Assembly (NCBI GenBank): GCA_963674705.1
Contig: OY771506.1
Span: forward strand, 4,864,001-4,928,000
Reading direction: 5' to 3'
DNA: 64,000 nucleotides
From: Phycisphaeraceae bacterium
GTDB lineage: Bacteria > Planctomycetota > Phycisphaerae > Phycisphaerales > Phycisphaeraceae
Shown here: positions 19,903 to 29,299 of the stretch, piece after piece
Layout: every line of letters begins with the position of its first letter
How positions within the stretch are numbered: position 1 is the stretch's first letter
Translations under genes and position numbers: made by a program
Notes under the pieces: generated by a model
Told to the model about the DNA's origin: nothing
Database searches by the model: none
What the model saw: only the letters and a program-made list of their open reading frames with translations

Positions 19903-20742
19903 TTACTTCCCAAGTTCCCGGCCGCGCGCTTCCGCTGCTTTCACCGCATCTGCGATCACATTCACAAGATCATGCTTATCCATGTGCCCAAGCGCCGCGG
20001 CCGTCGTCCCGCCGGGGCTTGTCACCTTGCGACGCAGTTCCGCAGCCGTATCAGGTGAATCCAGCAGCATCCGCGCTGCGCCTAATATAGTCTGCGATAC
20101 CAGCAGCCGGCTGTGCTCGCCTAATCCCAACTCCACCGCCGCCTTTTCCATCGCCTCCGCCAGGTAATACACATACGCAGGCCCGGATCCCGATACCGCC
20201 GTGATCGCGTCCATCAGTTCTTCTTCAACGCGCACCACTTCGCCTGCCGCGCCGAATAACCGCATCGCAAGCACTTCATCGCCCGCCTTCGCGTCCGCCC
20301 CCACACACAACCCCGCCATCCCTAATCCCACCATCATCGGCGTGTTCGGCATGACACGGATGACTCGAGGCTTGAGGCTCGAGGCTTGAGGCTTGGAGGC
20401 TGAAGCAGCCGCCATCACTTTCGCCAGTTTCGCCGTGCCGATCCCCGCCATGATGGATATGTAAACGTGATCTTCACGCGCATGCGCAGCAAGGTCTGCC
20501 GCCACATCCGGCAACACCTGCGGCTTCACCGCCAGCATCACCTGCTGACTGCTGCTGATTACTTCGCCATTACTTTCAGCAACCTTGATCCCAAGCCCAG
20601 CGAACAACTCCCGCCTCGCTTCGCTTGTGTCCGATGCGATCATCTCGTCCGCGCTGAGCACACCCTTCTCAATCGCACCTCTTGCGATCGCCTCAGCCAT
20701 ATTCCCCGCACCCACAAACCCCAGCTTGTAAGCCGCTGCCAT
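19903..20742 (-). CDS. proC: Pyrroline-5-carboxylate reductase
   Basis: GFVGAGNMA, LAVKPQ, RVMPNTP, TAVSGSGPAY, VTSPGGTT. Confidence 0.97.
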   Translation of the reverse strand: MAAAYKLGFVGAGNMAEAIARGAIEKGVLSADEMIASDTSEARRELFAGLGIKVAESNGEVISSSQQVMLAVKPQVLPDVAADLAAHAREDHVYISIMAGIGTAKLAKVMAAASASKPQASSLKPRVIRVMPNTPMMVGLGMAGLCVGADAKAGDEVLAMRLFGAAGEVVRVEEELMDAITAVSGSGPAYVYYLAEAMEKAAVELGLGEHSRLLVSQTILGAARMLLDSPDTAAELRRKVTSPGGTTAAALGHMDKHDLVNVIADAVKAAEARGRELGK

Positions 20743-20776
20743 GAATCAGTTTCCTTGTCTTTGCCTCATGTCCGAT

Positions 20777-20895
20777 CCCCTCTCCCCTCGGGAGAAGGTT
20801 AGGATGAGGGCCGGATTGATTACGTATTCAACCTGGCCCGATTCACCTAAAAATAAAACAAGCACTCAACCCGGCCCTCTCCCAAGAGGAGAGGC
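20777..20895. repeat. CCCTCTCCC-family palindromic repeat pair
   Basis: CCCTCTCCCCTCGGGAGAAGGTTAGGATGAGGGCCGG...CCGGCCCTCTCCCAAGAGGAGAGG; homologous copies at about 36712, 40393 and 42037. Confidence 0.8.
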
Positions 20896-20917
20896 AGTCA
20901 AACCACATTGATCTATA

Positions 20918-21811
20918 CTATTCACCCGAACGCCCACCATCCCAGGCGTCCCGTGCTTCCTTCGCACCTTTCAACAACCGTCGCATCGCCCCCGTGTCCG
21001 ATCGTGCAAGCGCTTTGCGGAATGATTCGAGTTCCTGCTCCGCTCGCTGCAAAACTTCGACCACCGACGACCGATTGTTCATGAAGATGTCGATCCACAG
21101 TTCAGGATCGCCCGACGCGATGCGCGTCGTATCCGCAAAACCCGTCGACGCCACCTGCAGCGCATCGCCACCGTCCGCCGCCGCCAGCTTCACCAACAGC
21201 GCCGCCACCGCGTGCGGCAGGTGACTGACCAACGCCACACTGCGGTCGTGCATGATCGGCGGCATCTCGAATAACCGCATCCCCACTATCTGCCACATCG
21301 ACCGCACGCTCGTAAGCACTTCATCGCTCTCGCCGCCCATCGGCGTCACCACGCAAGGCTTGCCCTCAAACAAATCCACAACCGCCGCCTCCGGCCCGGT
21401 CTGCTCGCTGCCCGCCATCGGGTGCGATCCCACAAACCGCGATGCGTCAGGCAGAATCTCTTCCACCAACTCACATACCGACTGCTTCGTCGAGCCAACA
21501 TCCGTCACAAATAACCGTGGGTCGTCCGAACATGAAATCTTTTCCAGCACTTCCCGGAAGAATCCCAAAGGCGTCGCGACCACCGCCAGGTGCGGCTCAT
21601 CGCTCGGTAAATCACGCCCCCAGAGCAAAGCCTCCTGCGTGCTCGCAGTCAATTCATCGAAACACCCCAGTTTCCGAGTCTTTTCCAGCGTCGATTCGCG
21701 CCGCCCCACGCCCACCAAACGCCCCGTAAATCCACGCTGTTTCAGCGCCATCGCAAGACTCGCCCCCAGCAACCCTGTCCCAACGATCGTTATCTGTTTC
21801 AACCGCAGCAT
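20918..21811 (-). CDS. tyrA: Prephenate/arogenate dehydrogenase
   Basis: IVGTGLLGASLA, TDVGSTK, SHPMAGSE, HD..VSHLPH, TRIAS; start uncertain (21811-21832). Confidence 0.92.
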   Translation of the reverse strand: MLRLKQITIVGTGLLGASLAMALKQRGFTGRLVGVGRRESTLEKTRKLGCFDELTASTQEALLWGRDLPSDEPHLAVVATPLGFFREVLEKISCSDDPRLFVTDVGSTKQSVCELVEEILPDASRFVGSHPMAGSEQTGPEAAVVDLFEGKPCVVTPMGGESDEVLTSVRSMWQIVGMRLFEMPPIMHDRSVALVSHLPHAVAALLVKLAAADGGDALQVASTGFADTTRIASGDPELWIDIFMNNRSSVVEVLQRAEQELESFRKALARSDTGAMRRLLKGAKEARDAWDGGRSGE

Positions 21812-22165
21812 TGTGCCATCCATATATATCACCCCCTGATTTACATACCATTCTCAAAAACCACTCACAGCTTAGCGCGCCGCTCTAAAAAAGCCGCTTG
21901 CGGCTTAGTGCTCCTGCCCTCCCACCAAAACCCCCGGCATATCACCCAAAGCTTGTCCCCACACTTCAACAGCGAGTAAGATAACACTTTACAGACAATC
22001 GTGGCCCCCGCCCAAAACCCGCGGAGTATCCACAACCACCCAACGGGAGGCATATAATCCCACCCCCAAAATGCCCACCCTCTCCAAAGGATGGGACAAA
22101 ACATGAGGGTGGCAAAGTACAAAGGGCATGAAACGCATCCAACGATGTGCCGCCCCCACCCCGAA

Positions 22166-22232
22166 GCCCACGTTCTGTTGAACATGGGCCCACCCCGGGC
22201 GCCCCGAACCCCATGTTCTGTTGAACGTGGGC
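22166..22232. repeat. Tandem pair of 22-24 bp palindromes
   Basis: CCCACGTTC-TGTT-GAACATGGG and CCCATGTTC-TGTT-GAACGTGGG upstream of accA. Confidence 0.7.
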
Positions 22233-22282
22233 AAACCCTCCCCCAAGTGCGGGACGAGGCCTCCCAGGAGAAACCAACAATC

Positions 22283-23293
22283 ATGAGCACACTCAACGCA
22301 TACGCCGGCAACTACGAACTCGAATTTGAACGCCCCCTCATCGCGCTCGAAAGGCAGATCGCCGAACTCGAACGCACCAACGACCCCGACGCCTCCCCCG
22401 CGAAGCTACCGAGCGATGTCAACTTCCGCGCCGAGATCCGCAAGCTACGCCAGTCACACACCGCCATGCTCAAGAAGATCTACGACAAGCTCCCCGCATG
22501 GAACACCGTCATGGTCGCACGACACCCCGGCCGACCACAGTCCATCGACTACATCAACTACTTCGTCAAAGACTTCACCGAACTGCACGGCGACCGCCAC
22601 CAGGGCGACGACCGCGCCATCATCACCGGCTTCGGCCGCATCGGCCCCTACAAGTGCCTCGTCGTCGGTCACCACAAAGGCAAAGACACCAAAGAAAAAA
22701 TCGCCGCGAACTTCGGCTGTGCCCACCCCGAAGGCTACCGAAAAGCCCTGCGCACCATGAAGCTCGCCGAAAAATACAAACTCCCCATCGTCACCTTGAT
22801 CGACACCCCGGGGGCTTACCCCGGCATCGCCGCCGAAGAGCGCGGCCAGGCCGAAGCCATCGCCGTCAACCTCCGCGAAATGTCACGCCTGCAAACCCCC
22901 ATCGTCTCCGTCGTCATCGGCGAAGGCGGCTCCGGCGGCGCACTGGGCATCGGCGTCGCCGACCGACTCGCCATGCTCCAATACGCCTGGTTCTCCGTCA
23001 TCTCCCCCGAAGGCTGCGCCGCCATCCTCTGGAAAACCGCCAACCCCGAAACCAACGCCGCCGCCGCCGAAAACCTCAAACTCACCGCCAACGACAACCT
23101 AAAACTAGGCACCATCGACGGCATGATCGACGAACCCCTGGGTGGAGCCCACCGAAACCCCACCGCCGCTGCCGACTATTTAGAAAAATACTTAATCCAA
23201 ACCATCCGCGAACTGAAGCGGTTTAAGGTCGAGAATCTGGTGAATAAACGATATGATCGTTTGAGGAAGATTGGGGAGTTGGGGGAAGGGTGA
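22283..23293 (+). CDS. accA: Acetyl-CoA carboxylase carboxyltransferase alpha
   Basis: ARHPGRP, ELHGDR, PEGYRKALR, DTPGAYPG, GEGGSGGALG, SVISPEGCAAILW. Confidence 0.97.
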   Translation: MSTLNAYAGNYELEFERPLIALERQIAELERTNDPDASPAKLPSDVNFRAEIRKLRQSHTAMLKKIYDKLPAWNTVMVARHPGRPQSIDYINYFVKDFTELHGDRHQGDDRAIITGFGRIGPYKCLVVGHHKGKDTKEKIAANFGCAHPEGYRKALRTMKLAEKYKLPIVTLIDTPGAYPGIAAEERGQAEAIAVNLREMSRLQTPIVSVVIGEGGSGGALGIGVADRLAMLQYAWFSVISPEGCAAILWKTANPETNAAAAENLKLTANDNLKLGTIDGMIDEPLGGAHRNPTAAADYLEKYLIQTIRELKRFKVENLVNKRYDRLRKIGELGEG

Positions 23294-23357
23294 TTTACTT
23301 TGTTTAAGTACTTAGTAAGATGGCGCAACACCTCTAGCGTCAAAGTGGGGTCTACTC

Positions 23358-23651
23358 ATGTCACCTGTTCCACGTAGTAGCTTCAAGTTTAGCATTACAG
23401 TGAAATGCCACGAACTTGCTATTGTCTATTGCTTGCGTGGTTTGAGCATGTACTGCCAAGTTGGTGGGAATGTCTACACACCGTGGAGTGGTACTGGAAG
23501 AAATGAGTGGGAGCGTGAAAAACACAACGTGACATTTCGTTTTACTTCGCCTGAGTACCGAACTTCGTTCCTTGACCAAGCCAAGCAAATCCTTCCCCAT
23601 GAATCTTTTAGCATAGTTGAGCAAGATGACAACAATCCTCCCCCAGATTAA
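23358..23651 (+). CDS. Hypothetical protein (low GC)
   Basis: 97-aa ORF in a visibly lower-GC segment directly after accA. Confidence 0.55.
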   Translation: MSPVPRSSFKFSITVKCHELAIVYCLRGLSMYCQVGGNVYTPWSGTGRNEWEREKHNVTFRFTSPEYRTSFLDQAKQILPHESFSIVEQDDNNPPPD

Positions 23652-23816
23652 AAACATTTTCAATTCTGAGAACGTATCTGACCTCGTTCCAAAATGCGGG
23701 TCGGAGACTGCCATACTGCCACTCGCCTGTTTCTAAATGATACTACGGCCTTGTCGATGATATAAATATTCCAGTGTTTTACGCCGAAGGCCTTTCTTGG
23801 AGAAAGGGGTATTGAA

Positions 23817-24353
23817 ATGAGGTATATTCAATCAACTTTGAATAGTGGTTGTTTACTGGTATTGACCTTATCACTACTTCAAGGCTGCAATAACACTCCA
23901 CATGCTCATGGATATAGACCGGAAACATCTCAGAACTATCAGCCGACAAATTCTTGCGAGATTGTACATATCGATGTCGGAACGGAACCACAGGTACGCC
24001 GCAGTAGATACCCAAACCATATCTTGATTGGATACAGCAGTTACGAAGGAAGACCGGAGAATGAGATACCCGCATATTGCAGTCTGAAAGCGTTCGCACG
24101 GAAAAAAGGGGCTAATGTCGTCCTATTAAGTGAAGAGTACCTGCGTACAGGAGTGATGTCGGGCGTACTACCATTACCTCAACAGGACACAACGTATCAC
24201 TCAGGTAGCATATCTGGTAGCAGTGGACATGCCAGTTATTCTGGGACATCTACAACACATACCACGCAGTACCAGCCATATTCATCCACCTACGACATTT
24301 ACAGCATTCGCGCCTGGTACTTGCGAGACCCTACTGTAAATAACAGCAAGTAG
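23817..24353 (+). CDS. Hypothetical lipoprotein
   Basis: LSLLQGC lipobox; FARKKGANVVL; Ser/Thr/Gly-rich tail. Confidence 0.7.
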   Translation: MRYIQSTLNSGCLLVLTLSLLQGCNNTPHAHGYRPETSQNYQPTNSCEIVHIDVGTEPQVRRSRYPNHILIGYSSYEGRPENEIPAYCSLKAFARKKGANVVLLSEEYLRTGVMSGVLPLPQQDTTYHSGSISGSSGHASYSGTSTTHTTQYQPYSSTYDIYSIRAWYLRDPTVNNSK

Positions 24354-24394
24354 CCGGGTGCCCGTCTTTGATCCGCAGGGCAAAGGCGGTTGAC
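24353..24394 (+). repeat. 42-bp palindromic repeat, copy 1
   Basis: GCCGGGTGCCCGTCTTTGA(T/C)CCGCAGGGCAAAGGCGGTTGAC; also at 24494-24535 and 27893-27934, partial at 26389-26403. Confidence 0.9.
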
Positions 24395-24493
24395 ACGAGT
24401 GGAACGGAATCTGCCACCGTCCTACCTTTAAAATAAAAACCACAACAAACCCAACCGGGACCCAAATCATGAGCAATCCGGGATGTCTTCTGG

Positions 24494-24650
24494 GCCGGGT
24501 GCCCGTCTTTGACCCGCAGGGCAAAGGCGGTTGACGTACGACGACTTCAAGCTTCTGGACAACCATTCATGTGATCGATTCGTAGGTCCGGGCCTGCCCG
24601 GACAATTGGTCACACCAAACAATCTCGTGTCCGGGCAGGCCCGGACCTAC
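24494..24650 (+). repeat. About 160-bp composite direct repeat A (42-bp palindrome + linker + GTAG REP doublet)
   Basis: Closely matches 27893-28067; GTAGGTCCGGGCCTGCCCGGACA and its inverse. Confidence 0.9.
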
Positions 24651-24678
24651 ATGGCGGGATGCAAGAAGAAGAAACAGG

Positions 24679-24745
24679 GAACACTAATCTGCACTGATTT
24701 ACACTTATTCAGAAGATTAGTGGAGATTAGTGATGATTAGTGTTC
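24679..24745. repeat. Inverted short-period array hairpin (CACTAATC family)
   Basis: GAACACTAATCTGCACTGATTTACACT...ATTAGTGGAGATTAGTGATGATTAGTGTTC. Confidence 0.7.
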
Positions 24746-24912
24746 TAACTGGTATTGGTTTGGGCTCTGTCTCAGAGAACCTGCGCTCGGCGCGGGCCTC
24801 CCGACGCCGTAACTCTATTCTTGGGTTGCACACGAGCGTGCGTTATACTCATATGCGATGAGCCCGGTGTTGCTGCCGGGCGTGGGGCATATACGCTTTT
24901 TCGGATGGGAAC

Positions 24913-25677
24913 ATGGCTATGAAATACCTCTGTGGCGCACTCGTGTGTTTGCTGTTGGCTGTATCGGTATCGGCGGAACTGCCTGACAGATCGGAGCTCG
25001 AAGCTCGGCTGGCGGAGAACCCGGATGATAGAGCGGCGCTGTACAACCTTGGGTTGGTGTTATACCTGGACGGTGAACCCAAGGAAGCGATCGCGCCTTG
25101 GTCGCACCTGCGGGAGCTGGAGCCAAACGACTGGCAGGTCATCACCAAACTGATCCAGGCGTACACGGCCTGCGGCGAAAGCCATAAAAAGGTGCGCGAA
25201 CAAACCATCAGCGAACTCTACGAGCTGCGCAAAAGCGAAGAGATCCCGGAGTTAACCAAAGCGAAGTTCTTCATCCGCGACCAGATTGTCTACGAGGACA
25301 ACCGGATATACGTCTTCGAGTACTACGACATGGACGCGGGCTGGCGCCTCGGGCCGTTGCTTTGGAAGTTCTACATCACCGAAGAGAACGAACCTACCGG
25401 CCAATTAATCACCGTCGGCAGCTACGACACCACAACCGCATTAGCAATCGAACAAGGCCGGATCGAAGAGGACGAGCGGATTTATCACCTTGATGAGTAT
25501 CTGGATGACGGCGGCCACCGAACCTACGGCTTCTTCATCAACAAACCAGACTACGACCAGATCAAAGCCACCACACTCGAAATTCTGAAAGGCGAGAAGG
25601 AACCGTTATCCTCATACGATCCTTCAACAAAGACCATCACGATAGACCCATCGGAGGAAAAGGAGGAGGCGGAGTAG
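24913..25677 (+). CDS. Secreted TPR-containing hypothetical protein
   Basis: Signal peptide; ALYNLGLVLYLDGEPKEAI TPR; YHLDEY. Confidence 0.75.
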   Translation: MAMKYLCGALVCLLLAVSVSAELPDRSELEARLAENPDDRAALYNLGLVLYLDGEPKEAIAPWSHLRELEPNDWQVITKLIQAYTACGESHKKVREQTISELYELRKSEEIPELTKAKFFIRDQIVYEDNRIYVFEYYDMDAGWRLGPLLWKFYITEENEPTGQLITVGSYDTTTALAIEQGRIEEDERIYHLDEYLDDGGHRTYGFFINKPDYDQIKATTLEILKGEKEPLSSYDPSTKTITIDPSEEKEEAE

Positions 25678-25900
25678 GGTGTGGGGTGTGGGGAATGGTA
25701 TTTATGATTTAGGATTGATGATTTAGGATTTGTGCTAATGGCTAACAGCTAACGGCTAATGGCTTATCTCCCCTCCCCCACCAACGCCGGTTCTGAGCGA
25801 AGCGAAGGGCCGGGTATCTTCATGTTCAATGTTCGATCTTCAATATTCAATCTGAAAACCGTAATCCAAATCCGTGCTAACGGCTAACAGCTAACAGCTT
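25676..25900. repeat. Composite intergenic repeat element, copy 2
   Basis: GGGTGTG, GATTTAG and GCTAANG arrays; core at 25781-25818; TTCAATN array; second GCTAAC array. Confidence 0.85.
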
Positions 25901-25926
25901 TTCCAACATCAACCGGAACCCAAATC

Positions 25927-26367
25927 ATGGCTCAACCAACCTGTAAATGGCAGATCGCTGTGGGCGCGATCGCGTTTGTCGTGGCTGGGGTCGTCAGCGG
26001 GATCATCTCGTTCAAACTGGTGACTAAATCTTTGACCATCGAGGACATGGTCGACAATATGACGCCCAATGAAAAGGTTGGGTTATCCGACCGCGTCTGG
26101 TTGTACGACACAGGCAACTGCTACATCACCGACGAGACCGGCTTCGGGCTGATCAACGGCGAGATCCTGCGGCTGGGCTACGAATCCGACAACCCGAATA
26201 TGCTGATTGTGGAATACGAACCATACCACCGCTTCCGTGAATCGCCCGACGACACACTACGCATCGCACTGATCGATCTGAAGACCGCAAAAGTCACGCA
26301 TGATCCCGATGTGGACGACGCCGGCATTGCTTCATTAAAAGACGTATCGACTTACTTTGACTATTAA
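25927..26367 (+). CDS. Hypothetical membrane-anchored protein
   Basis: 146-aa ORF with N-terminal TM. Confidence 0.65.
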   Translation: MAQPTCKWQIAVGAIAFVVAGVVSGIISFKLVTKSLTIEDMVDNMTPNEKVGLSDRVWLYDTGNCYITDETGFGLINGEILRLGYESDNPNMLIVEYEPYHRFRESPDDTLRIALIDLKTAKVTHDPDVDDAGIASLKDVSTYFDY

Positions 26368-26409
26368 GCGAGCAGCATGGATGTCCCACTTTGACCCGCA
26401 GGGTAATGT

Positions 26410-26727
26410 GTGCCTGAATTTTTTACTGACCCGGCCCCATTCCCTGATTTCTTTTACCTGGAATCCAACATGTGCTTCAGGATCGAGCAGGATATCTCCC
26501 CACGTGAGCCTTTTGCCGCCTATCGGTATCGGATATACGAAAACGATCGGCTGATCGCCCGGTACTGGCACGATCATAAAGGCGATGATCACGGCATCAC
26601 ATTCGTAGGCCGTTCAAGAATGGATGTCCCCGAAGGCACCATGATCGAATTCATCACCGGTGGTGGCCATGATGAACCGCTTCAACTCACAGCTAAGGCT
26701 GTGGCTTATCTGAAGAGGAATAAATGA
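26410..26727 (+). CDS. Hypothetical protein
   Basis: 105-aa ORF with plausible globular composition (RYWHDHKGDDHG). Confidence 0.55.
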   Translation: MPEFFTDPAPFPDFFYLESNMCFRIEQDISPREPFAAYRYRIYENDRLIARYWHDHKGDDHGITFVGRSRMDVPEGTMIEFITGGGHDEPLQLTAKAVAYLKRNK

Positions 26728-26771
26728 AGTGAGATTACGACATTGTCCGGGCACAGATAATCCGGTGGTTA

Positions 26772-27671
26772 TTACATACCGCCCGTCCGTACCCCACGTC
26801 CACGAAAAACCCAAAAACACATCAAACCACACACCACGATTGTTGCAGGCTCCGGCACGTTGATTCCCGTGCTCGGTGGGATGCCCGCGTTCCAGTTGTT
26901 TAACACAATGTCCAGGTCGTCCAGCCCGACATAGCCATCGCCGGAAGGATCGCCGGCCAGCAGGTCGCCCGGGACGACTGTCGCGTTCCAGTTATTCAAG
27001 ATGATGTCAAGATCATCCAGGCCGACGAAGCCGTCGCCATTCAGGTCACCCGCGATCAGGTTACTGCCGTATTCGATAGTATCGACAGCCCACCAGCCGT
27101 CGCCGGAGGAATCGAACTGCAGTTTGATGATTGGCGGCATGTCGTTGAGGTAGATGCCCCAGAACTCCGCGGTATCACCGGTGCCCGGTGCGCTTTCGAG
27201 TTCATAATTAGCCGTCGCACCACCCACAAACGTGACGATAACAGCCGTCCCGGTGTGGTCGATATCCTGAAAGGCGAAGTAGTCGATCGGCGAACTTGAA
27301 AAGTCAAATTCCAGGTACGGCTTTTCATTCTGGCGAAGCGAGTACACGCCCACAGGATTAGAACCCTTAATCGATCCCGCGCCGCTGATGATCTCGGCTA
27401 TGCCGCTGCTGCTGGTATCGGTGATCACCAACCCCGCGGGGAACAGGCCCGTCACCCCCGAGACATTTTCCCCGTTCGTAAAGCCTGTCTCGAAGTCGAC
27501 CAGGTATTGCGGCATCGTAATGCCCACGGCTGCAAGCCAATTATCGCGCGTGGTTACGTTATTCACAGGCTCGCTGCTGTTGAATAACACCACGTCTGCT
27601 TTGACCGGATTAGCGCAAAGAACCATCAGCGCACCGATACCTGCCGATACATGTTGATGTAACCGATTCAC
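26772..27671 (-). CDS. PEP-CTERM protein with dockerin/EF-hand-like repeats
   Basis: Signal peptide; GDLNGDGFVGLDDLD and GDPSGDGYVGLDDLD; VPEPAT + TM + basic tail; AGGAG upstream of GTG 27671. Confidence 0.88.
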   Translation of the reverse strand: MNRLHQHVSAGIGALMVLCANPVKADVVLFNSSEPVNNVTTRDNWLAAVGITMPQYLVDFETGFTNGENVSGVTGLFPAGLVITDTSSSGIAEIISGAGSIKGSNPVGVYSLRQNEKPYLEFDFSSSPIDYFAFQDIDHTGTAVIVTFVGGATANYELESAPGTGDTAEFWGIYLNDMPPIIKLQFDSSGDGWWAVDTIEYGSNLIAGDLNGDGFVGLDDLDIILNNWNATVVPGDLLAGDPSGDGYVGLDDLDIVLNNWNAGIPPSTGINVPEPATIVVCGLMCFWVFRGRGVRTGGM

Positions 27672-27892
27672 TTGTTTATCTCCTATCCGAGGTTGAAATG
27701 AACCGACACGCCCCACTGGATCGTTGCCCGGATTCACCACCGGGCACATCGACATCAGTGTAACTTTGCCCCGCCCGAATTCCAAGATCTTTTACTCTGA
27801 TTATGTGGCACTGGCATCCCGATCTACCTCAATATCCCCGCTCGATACCCGGTGCAAGTCTCACGATTGTGCCGAGAACCACGGCGAATAAC

Positions 27893-28089
27893 GCCGGGTG
27901 CCCGTCTTTGACCCGCAGGGCAAAGGCGGTTGACACACAACGACTTCAAGCTTTCGGAAAACCATTCATGTGATCGATTCGTAGATCCGGGCAGCTTTGT
28001 AGGTCCGGGCCTGCCCGGACACGGGTCAAAGCTAGACGAACAGTTGTCCGGGCAGGCCCGGACCTACATAGCTTTCATGCGATCGATTC
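27893..28089 (+). repeat. Composite direct repeat B
   Basis: Matches 24494-24650; REP doublet 27999-28067 flanked by TTCATG(T/C)GATCGATTC at 27965-27980 and 28074-28089. Confidence 0.9.
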
Positions 28090-28090
28090 A

Positions 28091-29083
28091 TTAAGGCTGT
28101 GAGGCAGGCTCGTCCGGGGATTCATTGGAAGACTCATCGGCCTCTTCGAAATTTGATAGCAGCTTGCTGACATCGGATATCTTGTTTGAACGGTACACAC
28201 CTTCGCGGTCGATGATCGCGTTTGTCGGGACGGCGTTGATGCCGTAAAGGCGTCCTAGTTCGCTGCCCCAGCCGCGGCCATCGTAGACGTTGTGCCACGG
28301 CATTTCGTGCTTCTTTAAGGTTTCGACAAGTTTCTCGCGATCTTCATCCAGACTCACGCCGATTACCACCACCTGCGGGTCTAGCTGTTCAAGCTGGGTT
28401 TTCAGATGAGGCAACTCCCCCATGCACGGCCCGCACCAGGTCGCCCAGAAGTGCAGGACCACCACTTTGCCTTTCATGTCTTCCAGTTTTAACTTCACAC
28501 CCTGCATATCCGTCACCTCGAACAGCGGCGCGGGGTCGCCGGGATTTAGAAGCGGCTCGTTACCGATCATTACTCGAAGATGCTTGGCGATCGATTCGGG
28601 CGTTTCCTGCTTGAGATTCATACCGATCGCTTCACAGGTAGCCCGGACCCAACGGGCCTGCTTATCATCGACCGATGGGTCATGGATGAATGCGTGTACT
28701 TGCTCGGCCGCCTTATCATCCCCGCCGGCCGTGATCGCAACCAGGGCCATGAACCGGACCATGTCATCGTCATGATGAGTCAGCTTTGCGCAGAACGCAC
28801 GTGCCTGCGGTTCTTGTGCAAGAATGATGATGTCCTTCAAATGTACGGATAGCGATTCTTCATCCGACCAATCTGTGAGAAGCTGTTCACGTTCTTGTTC
28901 AGACAAAGACAACACCAGCTCCGCTGCCTCGACACGCAGCTCGGGCGTAAGTGTAACCTTGTGAGCAGTCATCTCTGAGAGCAACGTATCGAACGGCACG
29001 GGTTCGGCATCAATTGGAGCCAGCGCGAAAGCGGACGGCGAGACCAAGAGCAAACACACGAGAGCGGCAAAATGAAACTTCAT
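28091..29083 (-). CDS. Secreted TlpA/redoxin-family thiol-disulfide oxidoreductase with N-terminal helical domain
   Basis: LKGKVVVLHFWATWCGPC-type motif (here MKGKVVVLHFWATWCGPC), GVSLD, YGINAVP; GGAGG upstream of ATG 29083. Confidence 0.88.
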   Translation of the reverse strand: MKFHFAALVCLLLVSPSAFALAPIDAEPVPFDTLLSEMTAHKVTLTPELRVEAAELVLSLSEQEREQLLTDWSDEESLSVHLKDIIILAQEPQARAFCAKLTHHDDDMVRFMALVAITAGGDDKAAEQVHAFIHDPSVDDKQARWVRATCEAIGMNLKQETPESIAKHLRVMIGNEPLLNPGDPAPLFEVTDMQGVKLKLEDMKGKVVVLHFWATWCGPCMGELPHLKTQLEQLDPQVVVIGVSLDEDREKLVETLKKHEMPWHNVYDGRGWGSELGRLYGINAVPTNAIIDREGVYRSNKISDVSKLLSNFEEADESSNESPDEPASQP

Positions 29084-29299
29084 CGTTCGATCCTCCGAAA
29101 TGTTGTTGTTCATGACAACAGGTCACCGGAAAAGCTGTGGGTACTATACCAATTAGACGCGGAATAGCCCATATTCTATCCGCCGACTGTCCCAATTTTG
29201 ACCCGAAAGCTAAAGTGTGCTTGAATCACATATAACCACGGAAAAATAATCTCACCGGGAATCTTATACACCCTTAAATCTACATCGACGGGGCCCAAC

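Noticed and set aside
21930..22070. oriC-like DnaA-box cluster between tyrA and accA (GTATCCACA, TTGTCCCCA)
   Set aside because: Only two mismatched boxes, no AT-rich unwinding element, no dnaA, and no visible skew change here.
24353..24650. CRISPR array from two adjacent 42-bp repeats
   Set aside because: Only two adjacent copies about 100 nt apart, other copies are dispersed, and there are no cas genes.
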